Shown: piece by piece, positions 33,901 to 43,463 of the stretch
Position numbering within the stretch: the first letter of the stretch is position 1
How the letters are laid out: each line of letters begins with the position of its first letter
Translations under genes and position numbers: made by a program
The notes under the pieces: model-generated
The model's input: the letters and a program-made list of their open reading frames with translations, nothing else
Databases searched by the model: none
Told to the model about the DNA's origin: nothing
Origin: Nitrospirota bacterium
Lineage (GTDB): Bacteria; Nitrospirota; JACRHL01
DNA: 64,000 nt
Assembly (NCBI GenBank): GCA_029858285.1
Contig: JAOUFN010000005.1
Coordinates: 75,294-139,293 of the forward strand
Direction of reading: 5' to 3'

Positions 33901-34408
33901 CCCGCAGGGCGTAGGTGCCGGCCTGTTCCACTTGGGGCACCTCGCGGTAGCCCATGGCCACCAGCCGCGTGGCGAGGGTGGCGGGGTCCAGCCGGGTGCC
34001 GCGTTCCAGCCACAGGGTGTGGGCGGCTGCTGCGTCCAAGGGCGGCAGGCGGTGCAGCACTGCTGCCACGGGCGCCACCAAAAGGGGAAATTTCTGGTCA
34101 CGGCAGGCAGCCAGAGCGGCCATTCGTCGCCCGGAGATCTCCGGCAGGGGAGAGGTGAACTCGTGGGGCAGGTTGTCCCAGGCAGGGAACAGCAAGGGCG
34201 GGGCCAAACCCAGGCGTTCACAAAAAAACGCCAAATCGGCGTGCAACTGGGTGGCGGCACCGTTGCCGGGGACCAGTACCAGCCACGGCGCAGGCCGGGC
34301 AGCGGCATGCCGCGCCAAAAGGTGGGCGGCGGCGGAGGGAGGCAGGCCGTACAGTGGGCGTGCGCCGTCGCCTGTCGTGGGTGGCATGGGCGGTTGATCT
34401 GGGTGCAT
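30956..34408 (-). CDS. mfd: Transcription-repair coupling factor Mfd
   Basis: CarD-like HGIGLYRG, MDRLVCGDVGYGKTE, DEEQRFGV, TATPIPRTL, QLRGRVGR, TRG domain. Start uncertain (34387-34462). Confidence 0.96.
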   Translation of the reverse strand: MHPDQPPMPPTTGDGARPLYGLPPSAAAHLLARHAAARPAPWLVLVPGNGAATQLHADLAFFCERLGLAPPLLFPAWDNLPHEFTSPLPEISGRRMAALAACRDQKFPLLVAPVAAVLHRLPPLDAAAAHTLWLERGTRLDPATLATRLVAMGYREVPQVEQAGTYALRADILDVFPPQADPRSEHPYRIELFGDEVDSLKRFDPATQRSLGPGEQSPLRVCIPPVTELPLDAALVAIARQRVYDIAMQRQLDAPSVTLETGRIARTPRADGIETWAPFFFDTPMPTLTGYLPAGLHVALVDAEIVRARARGLSRKAAEAMAGEAARGTVVPEVAELFVTLDDLLTGHPQLAVESHPAPDREHQKDAIPEPYAWRTPEDLGLPPLEGAQGRGGFAPRFQRLAELATAGPVTVVCPDPERVAALNGILAEHRVAVGGGPGQVNLVNGGLSRGFATPDETFLTESELFGRQSPPPPPRRSRLAAFQTGFADLSPGDPLVHLTHGIGLYRGLKRMTVGDSEGDYLEIEYLGGDRVYVPMDRLELVQRYAGAEGTVPRLDQMGGKSWERTKRKVRRDLSELAGELVALAAAREVAKGHPFAPEGAAGVEFSASFPYTETADQMRTIEEIRADMERPRPMDRLVCGDVGYGKTEVALRAAFKAMLDGRQVVLLCPTTLLARQHYQTCSRRFDAWPFHIAQLSRFVPTREQNQTFKGLENGTVDMVIATHRLLTKEIPFYRLGLVIVDEEQRFGVTHKERLKQWKTSVDVLTLTATPIPRTLQLSLIGVRDLSVIDTPPPDRLAVQTRISRFDPTLIAEVIERELARDGQVFFIHNRVKDIGGMAQFLAKLIPTARIGVAHGQMPERNLEEVMRRFVDGETNILVSTSIVESGLDIPRANTIIINRADHFGLAELYQLRGRVGRSGRQAYAYLLGPEDGWTGEARERLMSIQQFTELGSGFRIAARDLEIRGAGSLLGHRQSGQIAQVGIDTYMHLIREAMAQVRGETLTTEFETTVRLGAAAEIPEDYVREGGVRLALYKRLSGCIDEAGVDALAEELADRFGSLPDALTPLLDAQRLKAVARRLRANEIGHAGNGRYQVTFAPDHTLSEVGLRLLLERFGKRLRFTSERSFMVDLGATPEQGGVAALLNLLREL

Positions 34409-34518
34409 CGCTTGGGCGGTCAGGTTGCGGACGCGACTGCGGAGGAGCCTCAGTCGCGGCATGAATAATTTTTTCGGAGGGGATTATTGTACGCGAGCGT
34501 CGGGGTACGGGGCCACGT

Positions 34519-36936
34519 TCACCACAGAGTGCCGCCGAAGGCGTCGCGGCCGGTACCGTTTGGGAGCACCGCGCCGGGGATGCGAGGAAGCAGGGAGCCG
34601 GGGCCGCTGGCGGGGCCGATCATCGATGCCGGACAGTGGCCGTTCAGGCTGGACGGGCTGCACTCGGCGTTCCACGGTGTGGGGGAGGCCTGGCCGAACA
34701 GGATATAGGCGCGCCCGGCGTCGTTGATCTGGGTCAGGGGGTCAAGGGGGTCCACGATCAGGTTGTTGAGGGGGGCGCCGAAGGCCAGGTCGGTGACGGT
34801 GTCGCCGTCCACGTCTCCCGCCATATGCAACGCGAAGCCCAACTGGTCCTGGGGTGCCTCGCCGACGATGCGGGCGTCGTAATTCGCATCCAGGGGGGCT
34901 CCCCCCAAATACAGGTCCACTCGCCCCAGGCTGCCCTCGTTGGGGTTGGCGGCGCCCGCGTTGGAGTAGGGCACACCCACCGCCAGATCGGAGTAACCGT
35001 CGCCGTTGACGTCCCCACCGCCGGTGACGAACTGGCCGAAGGCCTCGTTAACGGCTCCCCCGGTAATGGTCAGCAACAGTGCCGGAGGTGTGGGTGAGGT
35101 GCGGGCACCGAACACCTGAACCCGGCCCGTATGGGTGGCCGCAGGGTCCCATCCGGGCGCCCCTACCACCAGGGAGTCGAAGCCGCTGTCGTTGATGTCC
35201 CCGCCCCGGGCCAGGGCGGAGCCGAATAGCTCCAGCGGGCCGCTGCCGGTCATCTCCCTGTCGGCCAAGGCGTCCAGCCCGGGGCCACCGTGGAAGATCA
35301 GCACCCGTCCGGCGTACTGCCAGATGCCGCCCGAGCCATCCGGGATGTGGGCATTGGGGGCGCCCACCGCCAGATCCGGCCAGCCATCGGCGTTCAAGTC
35401 CATGCCGCCCGCCACTGCCAGTCCCAGCAGTTCGGCGGTGCCGCTGCCGGTTAATATCAAGTCCGGTACTGCGTCCATCGGATTGCCGCCGAAGAACACC
35501 AGCACCCGCCCGGCGTCGAGGACCGGGGGAGTGGTGGTGTCGTGCTGGTAGGCCGAGACTACCAGGTCGTCAAAGCCATCGGCATTCAGGTCGAAGCCGG
35601 AGGCCAGAGGAAAGCCCAGTCCGTCGCCGAAATTGTACCCCTGAATGGTCAGGTCCGCGGCAGTGTCCGGCAGGGAGCCAGCGGGCGGAACGGCGCTGCC
35701 GAAGAACACGCGCACCGCTCCTGACTGGGGCAGTGGGGCGTGTTCCCGGTAGGAGCCGATGATAACATCGGAAAAGCCGTCGCCGTTCAGGTCGCCCATG
35801 GCGGTGCCGATGCCGAATTCGGCGCGGGTGTGGGTTCCCTGATAGGTGAGTGCCCGGGTCTCGGTGGTCGCCGTGCCGTGGGTGCCGAGGGAACTGCCAC
35901 CGAAAAACAGGTCCACCCGGCCCCGATTGTCGGCGCTCAGGGGGCTTTGGCCGCCGTCGTCCCCGGCCACACCCACGGCCACGTCGGTGAATCCATCGCC
36001 GTTCACGTCGCCGGGGGCATTGCCCACGCTGAAGCGGCGGGCCTGCCCAAAGGTGGCTCCACCGGCGTCCACGGCGGCGAAGCGCCAGTAATGGACTCCT
36101 TTGGCAAGGGTGCGGGTAATGGGGGGCAGGGTGGCGGCGGTGACGTTGAGGGAATCCTCCAGAATGTCAAAGGCGGGGGTGGCTGCCACCTCCAGCCGGT
36201 AACCGGTAGCCCCTGCCGCGGGAAACCACCAGAACTGTACCGGACTGGTGGCGGACGAAGCTGCGCCGATGCGGTCGTCCTGCAGAGGGTAGTTGAGGCG
36301 CGCTACCGGCAGCGGCGCGTTGGTGCGGGTGACGGAAATCAGCGTGGCGGGGCTGACATTTCCTGCTGCGTCGATCTGGGTGAAGGACAGGGCGTTGGCC
36401 CCGGCCGTCGGCAGGGAGATGGACGCGGCAAATGTGGGGGAGGGACCCGGCGGTACCAGCAGTGAGCCATTCAGCAGCACCTGGGCACTGGCCTCGCGGG
36501 TACCGGAAAGGGTGATGCTGCCGGGGGTGGCGGTATCGTCCGGGGGGGAGGTGATGCCGGGCGCGGCGGGGGGATAGATGTCGCGCACGATGGTCACCGG
36601 AACCGCAGCGGACTTCGCCCCCAGACTGTCCCAGGCGGTGATCTGAAAGGTATTGGTGCCTACGGTGAGGGGCAGTGTGACGGTCCAGAATTCATCACAT
36701 CCCGCCGCCACTTTTTCGGCACTGTCCACATGAATGGAATTTTGCAAACCGCGCCAGCCGGAGATTTCGTACGCGGCGCGGCTGGTGCTGGAGGGCAACG
36801 CCCCCAGCATCGGGGCGGGGGGAGTAACGGGGGGCTGAACTCCGCACGGTGGGCCGATGTTATCCGGGCTGGCACAGGCGGTCAGCAGCCAAGCTCCCAC
36901 CAAGACCCACAGCCAGGCTCCCAAGCGGCCTCGCAT
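34519..36936 (-). CDS. Lipoprotein with Ig/Fn3-like domains and an integrin-alpha-like FG-GAP propeller
   Basis: Lipobox LLTAC. Seven D-x-[ND]-x-[DS]-G-x-x-D-like Ca loops with VGAP/FG motifs. Confidence 0.85.
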   Translation of the reverse strand: MRGRLGAWLWVLVGAWLLTACASPDNIGPPCGVQPPVTPPAPMLGALPSSTSRAAYEISGWRGLQNSIHVDSAEKVAAGCDEFWTVTLPLTVGTNTFQITAWDSLGAKSAAVPVTIVRDIYPPAAPGITSPPDDTATPGSITLSGTREASAQVLLNGSLLVPPGPSPTFAASISLPTAGANALSFTQIDAAGNVSPATLISVTRTNAPLPVARLNYPLQDDRIGAASSATSPVQFWWFPAAGATGYRLEVAATPAFDILEDSLNVTAATLPPITRTLAKGVHYWRFAAVDAGGATFGQARRFSVGNAPGDVNGDGFTDVAVGVAGDDGGQSPLSADNRGRVDLFFGGSSLGTHGTATTETRALTYQGTHTRAEFGIGTAMGDLNGDGFSDVIIGSYREHAPLPQSGAVRVFFGSAVPPAGSLPDTAADLTIQGYNFGDGLGFPLASGFDLNADGFDDLVVSAYQHDTTTPPVLDAGRVLVFFGGNPMDAVPDLILTGSGTAELLGLAVAGGMDLNADGWPDLAVGAPNAHIPDGSGGIWQYAGRVLIFHGGPGLDALADREMTGSGPLELFGSALARGGDINDSGFDSLVVGAPGWDPAATHTGRVQVFGARTSPTPPALLLTITGGAVNEAFGQFVTGGGDVNGDGYSDLAVGVPYSNAGAANPNEGSLGRVDLYLGGAPLDANYDARIVGEAPQDQLGFALHMAGDVDGDTVTDLAFGAPLNNLIVDPLDPLTQINDAGRAYILFGQASPTPWNAECSPSSLNGHCPASMIGPASGPGSLLPRIPGAVLPNGTGRDAFGGTLW

Positions 36937-37074
36937 CAGCGGGCTACCTACTGGTAGGTAGGGTAAGCGACCGGAATGGGTCGCGGGGCTGCGCACGGGT
37001 GTCTTGAGCATACTGGGCTGTACTGTACGCAAAACCCGTGCCCGGAACCAAGGGTGTTGGTGGACAGGGGGGGC

Positions 37075-37701
37075 TTACCCTGCGGTTAGCAAGGCTTCTT
37101 CGGCCACAACGACCAAGCTTTCCACCGGAACTGCCCCGGACACCAGACGGTCACCGATGAGGAATGCCGGGACACCGGTTACTCCGGCTCGGCGGGCAAC
37201 GGCGAAATTCTCTCGCAGCCGTTCCTCGTAGCGGGGTTCGATGAGGGCCTGCTCGAAGCGGGAGCGCTCCATGCCCGCCTGACGCGATACCTCCTCCAGA
37301 ACGGCGGACTCCGCCAGGTTGCGACCGTGGCTGAGGTAGGCGGCAAACAGCCCCTCATGCACGGCGCGGAACACGGCAGGCCCCTCCTCGCGGGCCGCTT
37401 CTGCAAGCAACAGGGCCTTGTGGGAATTGTAGGTGTGGGTACGCTGGAACAGTGCGATGTTTTCCATTGCCGCCATACTGGTCAGGTGCACCATCATGCG
37501 TTCCCACACATCCGGTGGGTAGCCCAAAGCCTCCAGGGGCATCCCCTCGAGTGGGGTTTGGGGGTGGATTTCCACCATGCGCCAGGTGACCTGCAAGTCG
37601 TAGCGGGCCGCCAGTCGGTTCAGGCGGCGTTCCCCCACATAGCAGAATGGGCAGACGTAGTCCGAGAACACGGTGACGGCAAGCTGCGGAAGTGTGGCCA
37701 T
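37075..37701 (-). CDS. DsbA family oxidoreductase (FrnE-like)
   Basis: FSDYVCPFCY, GVTGVP, SGA. Confidence 0.88.
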   Translation of the reverse strand: MATLPQLAVTVFSDYVCPFCYVGERRLNRLAARYDLQVTWRMVEIHPQTPLEGMPLEALGYPPDVWERMMVHLTSMAAMENIALFQRTHTYNSHKALLLAEAAREEGPAVFRAVHEGLFAAYLSHGRNLAESAVLEEVSRQAGMERSRFEQALIEPRYEERLRENFAVARRAGVTGVPAFLIGDRLVSGAVPVESLVVVAEEALLTAG

Positions 37702-37818
37702 GATGATCCCCCCTTGGGTCTGGTGGCGCTGGCAGGCGAGTCTGGAAATGTTGCGGATCCGATTCCCCATTCTAGCCGCTCTGCGGGCGGTTGCCCACCC
37801 CGGTTCCCCGGCGGGGGG

Positions 37819-38439
37819 TCACATCGTCAGGAAACTCTCGCGAATGCCGTCCACCGCATATTGCACCGACAGGGCGGCCAGTATCAGTCCAAGCAGGCGA
37901 GACACCACGTTGGCGCCGGTCTCTCCCAGACGGCGCATGATCGGTTCCGCCAGCAGCAGGCAGGCCAGCACCAGCCCGAGGACGAACAGCATCATGCCGA
38001 TGGTGGCCACGTAGGGCAGAAGGCCCTCGGCGCGCTTGGAGAACAAAAGCACCGTGGTCAGGGCTCCGGGACCGGCGATCAGGGGAAAAGCCAGGGGGAA
38101 TACCGAAATGTCGTCCCGGTGACCGGCCTCCTCGCGCTCGCTGGTGGTGGTGGAGCGCAGCCCCGACTGGCGGGCGAAGATCATGTCGATGGAGAGCAGG
38201 AACAGGAGCAACCCGCCGGCAATGCGGAATGCGGGCATGCCGATGCCGAAGATTTCCAGGATGTGCCGCCCGAATACGGCGAACGCTGCCAGGATGCAGG
38301 TGGAATAAGCCACGCTGTGCACGGCCATGCGCCGCCGGTGGGCCGGGGTGTCCCGGTGTGACAGGGCCCAGAAGATGGGCACCATGCCCAGTGGATCCAA
38401 CACCACCAGCCAGGTGGCAAATTCATTGAGACCGAACAC
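37819..38439 (-). CDS. MarC family membrane protein
   Basis: DPLG..P, FRIAGG, FPLAFPLIAGPG, RLLGLILAA. GTG start inferred. Confidence 0.9.
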   Translation of the reverse strand: MFGLNEFATWLVVLDPLGMVPIFWALSHRDTPAHRRRMAVHSVAYSTCILAAFAVFGRHILEIFGIGMPAFRIAGGLLLFLLSIDMIFARQSGLRSTTTSEREEAGHRDDISVFPLAFPLIAGPGALTTVLLFSKRAEGLLPYVATIGMMLFVLGLVLACLLLAEPIMRRLGETGANVVSRLLGLILAALSVQYAVDGIRESFLTM

Positions 38440-38561
38440 TTGAAGGACCCCTCCCCGAGACGCTGCCGCCCCCCAGTATACGGCAGACGGCGGTGTGCGT
38501 GTGGGATCGGAAACCTGGATCGACAGGCCGGAGCCCCTGCCTGTACGCGGCCTCGGACGGG

Positions 38562-39662
38562 CTACCTGTAGGGAGGGAATGTCGTCACTGCTAAAGTGAC
38601 TGCGGGCAGATCCACCCACACCCGGGTGTGGCCGTCGCCGCTCTCCGCTCCAGCGGTCCCGCCGTGGGCCTCGGCCAGTCTCCGTACAATGGCGAGCCCC
38701 ACACCCGAACCACCGCTGGCGCGGGCACGGGATTTGTCCACCCGGTAAAACCGTTCAAAGATCAGTGGCAGTTCGGCGGCAGGAATTTCCTCTCCCTGAT
38801 TGTCCACGGACAGGCGCAAGAGCGTCCCCAGGCGTGCGGCGGACAGGGTGATGGCGCCTCCTGGCGTGGCGTGACGGCAGGCGTTGTCCAACAAATTGCG
38901 CAGGATCTGCGCCAGACGACCGGGGTCGCCGTGGACGGTTGTCGCATCGGGGGCCACCGTCACCGATGACAGCAGCGATTTTTCCTCGAGATGCGGGCGG
39001 TACAGGAGAAGGGTGGATTCCAGCAATTCCCGGGTGTCCACCTGCCGGGGTGACAGGTTCAGGCGGGCGGCGTCGGCCCGGCTGAGCTCCCCCAGATCGT
39101 TGACCAGTCGTACCAGCCGCAACACTTCTTCGTGGAGCATGGAGAAAATGTGAGGTTCCGGGGCCACCACCCCATCGCGCAACCCTTCCAGATATCCGCG
39201 CACGTTACTCAAGGGGGTGCGCAGTTCGTGTGCGACGTCGGCCACCATGGTCTTGCGTAAGGATTCGATTCGCCCCAGGTTTTCCGCCATGGCGTTGAAG
39301 GCCCGCCCCAGTTCCCCCACCTCGTCGCTGGAGACGGCGGTGACCCGCTCGCCGTATTCGCCCCGGGCGATGCGTCGCGAGGCCCCGGTCATGTCCCACA
39401 ACGGGCGCAGCAGACGGCGGGTGAGCAGGGTGCTGAACACCACTGCCAGCGTCAGCCCCCCCAAGCTGGCCCACAACATGTAACGGTGCACCGCGCTCAG
39501 AAACATTCGGTGGGTGTCTGCCGGGTTCACGTGATACTGGTCCATCAGTACCATGAAGTAGCCGGCCGCCAGGGTGTCTACGGCCCACCACAACACGGCG
39601 ACTACCGCCACCATCAGGGGCAGGTTGACGGCCAGCAGCTTGAGCAGAAGGCCAGGCTTCAT
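38562..39662 (-). CDS. Sensor histidine kinase (BaeS-like; HAMP-HisKA-HATPase)
   Basis: Two TMs, DEVGEL..AFN.M, AHELRTPL, NLLDNA, FYRVDKSR, GSGVGL. Confidence 0.93.
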   Translation of the reverse strand: MKPGLLLKLLAVNLPLMVAVVAVLWWAVDTLAAGYFMVLMDQYHVNPADTHRMFLSAVHRYMLWASLGGLTLAVVFSTLLTRRLLRPLWDMTGASRRIARGEYGERVTAVSSDEVGELGRAFNAMAENLGRIESLRKTMVADVAHELRTPLSNVRGYLEGLRDGVVAPEPHIFSMLHEEVLRLVRLVNDLGELSRADAARLNLSPRQVDTRELLESTLLLYRPHLEEKSLLSSVTVAPDATTVHGDPGRLAQILRNLLDNACRHATPGGAITLSAARLGTLLRLSVDNQGEEIPAAELPLIFERFYRVDKSRARASGGSGVGLAIVRRLAEAHGGTAGAESGDGHTRVWVDLPAVTLAVTTFPPYR

Positions 39663-40369
39663 GCGTGGTCGCCATCACCGGAGAACTTGTAGCCCGCACC
39701 GCGGACGGTGAGGATATAGCGCGGCTGGGCCGGGTTTGGCTCCAGCTTCTGGCGCAGCCGCCCCACATGGACGTCCACTACCCGATCAATCACCACTGCC
39801 CCGTCTGTGTGCAGGCGGTTAAGCAACTCGTCGCGACTGAACACCCGGCCGGGGCGGGACATCAAAGTGTGCAGGAGCTGGAACTCGGAACGGGTGAGGG
39901 GCACCTCGTGGCCGTCGCGGGTGAGGCGGTGTTGTTCCGGGTACAGGCACAAACCGCCTTGCACCAGTGGGAGCGGGGGGCCGCCACCACCCGTGGCACG
40001 GCGCAGAATGGCCTTTACCCGCGCCACCATCTCGCGCGGGGAGAATGGCTTTACCAGATAGTCGTCCGCCCCCAGGGTCAACCCCAGCACCCGGTCCAGT
40101 TCCTCGGCACGGGCGGTGAGCATCAGGATCGGCACGCTGGATTCGGCCCGCAGGCGGCGGCAAATCTCCCATCCATCCACGTACGGCAGCATCAGATCCA
40201 GCACCAGCAGCGACGGAGAGAGGCGGCGGAACGCCTCCAGCGTGGCCTCACCGTCGGCTGCAATGTGGGTGGCGTAGCCTTCACGCGATAAATAGCGCTC
40301 CACCAGGGCGGCGATGTTGGGATCGTCTTCGGCGATCAATATCAGGGGGGTGGGCATGGGTGGCGGCAT
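39659..40369 (-). CDS. OmpR-family response regulator
   Basis: AEDD, LDLMLP, GADDYLVKPF, DVHVGRLRQKL, TVRGAGY. Confidence 0.95.
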   Translation of the reverse strand: MPPPMPTPLILIAEDDPNIAALVERYLSREGYATHIAADGEATLEAFRRLSPSLLVLDLMLPYVDGWEICRRLRAESSVPILMLTARAEELDRVLGLTLGADDYLVKPFSPREMVARVKAILRRATGGGGPPLPLVQGGLCLYPEQHRLTRDGHEVPLTRSEFQLLHTLMSRPGRVFSRDELLNRLHTDGAVVIDRVVDVHVGRLRQKLEPNPAQPRYILTVRGAGYKFSGDGDHA

Positions 40370-40475
40370 CCTTCTGTTCCGAACATAGCATGCTGCCCCG
40401 CGATACGGGGCTATGTGACGGAATCTTTACCAATTATCCCGATTGCCACCCACGGATATATTCTGCCGTCGGGGC

Positions 40476-41360
40476 TCAGACGATCGCTACCAGTGCGATA
40501 CCGCCGACGGTGAGGGCCAGCCCCATTTGCTGGACCGGCCCCAGCCGCTCGCGCAGGAACACCCGGGCCAGGGCTACGGTGAACAGGGGAATGGTGGACG
40601 ACACCGGCGCTACCAGCGAAAGGAAGGTGTGGGTGAGGGCCTGGCAAAAAAACACGAAGGCGGCGGCGTCCAGCGCTCCCGCCGCCAGCAGGGTCATACG
40701 GCAGCCGCGGGGTGGCAGGGTCAGGCGCTGTGCCGCCAGCAGCCACACCAGTAATGCCATAACCCCGAGTACCCGTACCCACAGGGCCACGCTGTCTGGG
40801 TCCAGGCGATCCACGCTCAGCTTCATGCCGAACAGGGACATGCCGAACAGTACGGCGCACAGCAAGGCCGGGGCAATTCCGCGCTGAACGCGGGGATTGG
40901 CGAGGGGGTTGGCGGGGGACAAATCGGGAAGGTGTACCCCCTTGCCCAGGCTCAGCAGCATCACGCCGCCCATCACGCAGGAGATGCCGCCGTACTGCCA
41001 CGGCAGCGGCCGTTCTCCTAGTACGATCAACGCCAGCACCACCGGGATAATGGCGTTGGCGGCGGCGATGGGTGACACCACCGATAGTACCCCCACCTTG
41101 AGCGCCCGGTACAGAGCGGCATAGCCAAACATGGCGAGCAGGGCGGTGACCAGCAGCAATAGCCGGTCGGGGGCGTGTACGGCATGCACCCCGGAGGGAA
41201 TAGTGTACAGGGCCACACCGATCAGCCCGACCACCAGCACGCCGAACAGGGTTTCCAGATCGCCATAGGTACGGGTAACCCCTCGCGCCAGAAAATCCGC
41301 CACCCCCCAGCAGGCGGAGGCGGCAAGCCCCAGCAGGATGCCCAGCAGCAGTCCGCTCAC
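40476..41360 (-). CDS. EamA/DMT family transporter
   Basis: About 10 TMs in two repeats (SVVSPI...LGER; SLVAPV...LRER). GTGA overlap with murU. Confidence 0.88.
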   Translation of the reverse strand: MSGLLLGILLGLAASACWGVADFLARGVTRTYGDLETLFGVLVVGLIGVALYTIPSGVHAVHAPDRLLLLVTALLAMFGYAALYRALKVGVLSVVSPIAAANAIIPVVLALIVLGERPLPWQYGGISCVMGGVMLLSLGKGVHLPDLSPANPLANPRVQRGIAPALLCAVLFGMSLFGMKLSVDRLDPDSVALWVRVLGVMALLVWLLAAQRLTLPPRGCRMTLLAAGALDAAAFVFFCQALTHTFLSLVAPVSSTIPLFTVALARVFLRERLGPVQQMGLALTVGGIALVAIV

Positions 41361-42115
41361 GGGTGGGGGAAGGTCACGCGTCCGGTGGCCAGATCGGCTT
41401 CGGCCTGCAACAGGCGTTCCGGGGTGCCCAGATCGGACCAATAACCATGGTGCACGAAGGCCGCCAGATGTTCCCCGGCGCGGAGTGCGGCCATGTAACT
41501 GTCGGTGATGGGGAACACTGTACCTGCGGGATTCAGGTAGGTCAGACAGCCGGGGGAGATCACCTGAATGCCGGTAAACATGTATTCGCGGGTGGCCCCG
41601 CCGGTGTCCAAATGCAGGAAGCGGCGGATACGCCCGGCGTCGTCGGTGGCGATGGCCCCGTATTGGGCCGCTTGCGGGTCGGGGCGCAGCACCAAAGTGG
41701 CGGCGGTGTTACTGTCTGCGTGCAGGGCAACGTGGTGGGCGATGACGGCGGACAGGTCCGCATCCACCAGAATGTCGCTGTTGATCATCAGCAGCGGCCC
41801 TTCCGCCAGTTGCGGCGATTCCCGGATGGCGTTGGCGAGTCCGCCACCGGTGCCCAGAATGACCTGTTCCGTATGGTAGGCAAGGCGCAATCCCCAGCGG
41901 GAACCGTCTCCCAGTGTGGCGGGGATCTGCTCCCCCAGGTGGTGGGTGTTGACGTGGACCTCGCGGATACCCGCTGCTGCCAGCAGGGCCAGCACGCGGA
42001 ACACCATGGGTTCGCCGCCAAGGGAGATCAGGGGCTTGGGGTGGTGATCGGTGAGGGGGCGCAACCGTTCCCCGCGCCCGGCGGCCAGCAGCATGGCGCG
42101 GGTGACAACGGTCAT
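41357..42115 (-). CDS. murU: Nucleotidyltransferase, MurU-like
   Basis: MLLAAGRGERLRPLTD..PKPL, LGTGGG, WSDLGTPE. Adjacent to amgK. Confidence 0.8.
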   Translation of the reverse strand: MTVVTRAMLLAAGRGERLRPLTDHHPKPLISLGGEPMVFRVLALLAAAGIREVHVNTHHLGEQIPATLGDGSRWGLRLAYHTEQVILGTGGGLANAIRESPQLAEGPLLMINSDILVDADLSAVIAHHVALHADSNTAATLVLRPDPQAAQYGAIATDDAGRIRRFLHLDTGGATREYMFTGIQVISPGCLTYLNPAGTVFPITDSYMAALRAGEHLAAFVHHGYWSDLGTPERLLQAEADLATGRVTFPHP

Positions 42116-42173
42116 GTGTGGGCTGAGGTGTCCAAGGTGGACTGCGTCATCCCCCGGCTCATCTGCCGCCCGG

Positions 42174-43202
42174 TCATGCGCTGCCCATTTCGGCGTCCAG
42201 TTCGGCCAGGGTGCGGGCCAGGGGGGCCAGATCGTCGTGGCGGCTGAGCAGCCAGCGGGCACGGGCCAGACAGGTGGGGACGTCGGCCAGGAACTTGGGG
42301 TTGCCCTTGACGCGGTCGATGTAGACAAAGCGCCCGGCGGCCTTCAGCAGGCGCTGGAAGGCAGTGAGGTTGAGGGCGCGGGGGAAATTCTTGTCGAGCT
42401 TGACCGGGGCCTGTACCCAGTAGCGGGCGGTAAGGTCTTCGGCGACCCCCTCCGGCAGGGTGACGTAGGGGTCCCAGATGAGGGAGGCCAGGTCGTAGGT
42501 GGCGGGGCCCATCAGGGCGTCCTGAAAGTCGATGATGCCCAGGTGACCGGAGGGGCGCACCATGATGTTGCGGCTGTGGTAGTCGCGATGCACCAGCACC
42601 TGCGGCAGGCTGGCGATCTCGCGGGCGATGCGACCGAAATAGTCATCCAGCACCTGTTTCTGGTCGGGGGGGACCAAGGTGCGGTAGCGGGCCTCGATGC
42701 CGTATTCCACGTAGTGGTGGAACTCCCAAATCAGCAATTCTTCGGTGTAGGTGCGGTGGCTGGCCACGCAGCCGTCGTCCAGCGGGGTGGCGCGCTGCAT
42801 CATGGCCAGATGGTCCACGGCCTCCCAATAGAGGGCGGTGACATCTTCCTCGGGACGGCCCTCAATGGCGGCCATCAGACTGCGGTCGCCGAAATCCTCC
42901 AGCAGGATCAGCCCGGCGTCCATGTCCTGCCCGACGATGGCGGGCACCGGGATGGGGGCGCGGGTCAGGTAGCGCTGCATGTTGAGGAACGGCAATTCCT
43001 CTACTGGCACTTCCCCGGTGACGGCCTCCTCGCTCTTTTTAAAACCCTCGGCAGCGGCGAGTTGCATCAGGATGAAGCTGGCATCGCCCTGATGGACGCG
43101 AAAGTAGCGACGGTTGCTGGCGTCGCCGGGCAGTGTGTCGAGGGTGAAGGGGGCGGCATTGGGGAGCAGTGCGGCGATCTGCTGGGCATCGGGCTGTTGC
43201 AC
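42174..43202 (-). CDS. amgK: Anomeric MurNAc/GlcNAc kinase AmgK (APH family)
   Basis: GDASNRRYFR, LEDFGD, HRDYHSRNIM, IIDFQDA, YDLASL. Confidence 0.85.
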   Translation of the reverse strand: MQQPDAQQIAALLPNAAPFTLDTLPGDASNRRYFRVHQGDASFILMQLAAAEGFKKSEEAVTGEVPVEELPFLNMQRYLTRAPIPVPAIVGQDMDAGLILLEDFGDRSLMAAIEGRPEEDVTALYWEAVDHLAMMQRATPLDDGCVASHRTYTEELLIWEFHHYVEYGIEARYRTLVPPDQKQVLDDYFGRIAREIASLPQVLVHRDYHSRNIMVRPSGHLGIIDFQDALMGPATYDLASLIWDPYVTLPEGVAEDLTARYWVQAPVKLDKNFPRALNLTAFQRLLKAAGRFVYIDRVKGNPKFLADVPTCLARARWLLSRHDDLAPLARTLAELDAEMGSA

Positions 43203-43340
43203 GGGAAGCGGGAGTCTCCTGCGGGGTGGGTGCGCAATTATCACCCGGCGGGAGGCAGGATGAAAGGGGGGGAGCGGCCGTGCCCACAAAAAATGGGGGC
43301 GTGTGCTGTGCGCCGGAGCCTGGCTCCTCCGGGTGGACAC

Positions 43341-43384
43341 CATCGTTACCCAATCGTTATCCATCCGAAATCATCGCGTTACCG
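43341..43384. promoter_or_regulatory. 11-bp-periodic direct repeats (GTTA), putative OmpR-family binding site
   Basis: GTTA at 43345, 43356 and 43378, with degenerate GAAA at 43367. Confidence 0.5.
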
Positions 43385-43463
43385 ACGGGAGGTAGGGTTA
43401 GGGCCAGATCACCGGCCACAGGGGCCGGGATTTGCGGTCCCCCTTTTGTTACGGAGCGAGACG

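Noticed and set aside
42051..43463. N-terminal 471 codons of the 539-aa plus-strand ORF
   Set aside because: Antisense shadow of amgK. Only the last 68 codons have an SD and signal peptide.
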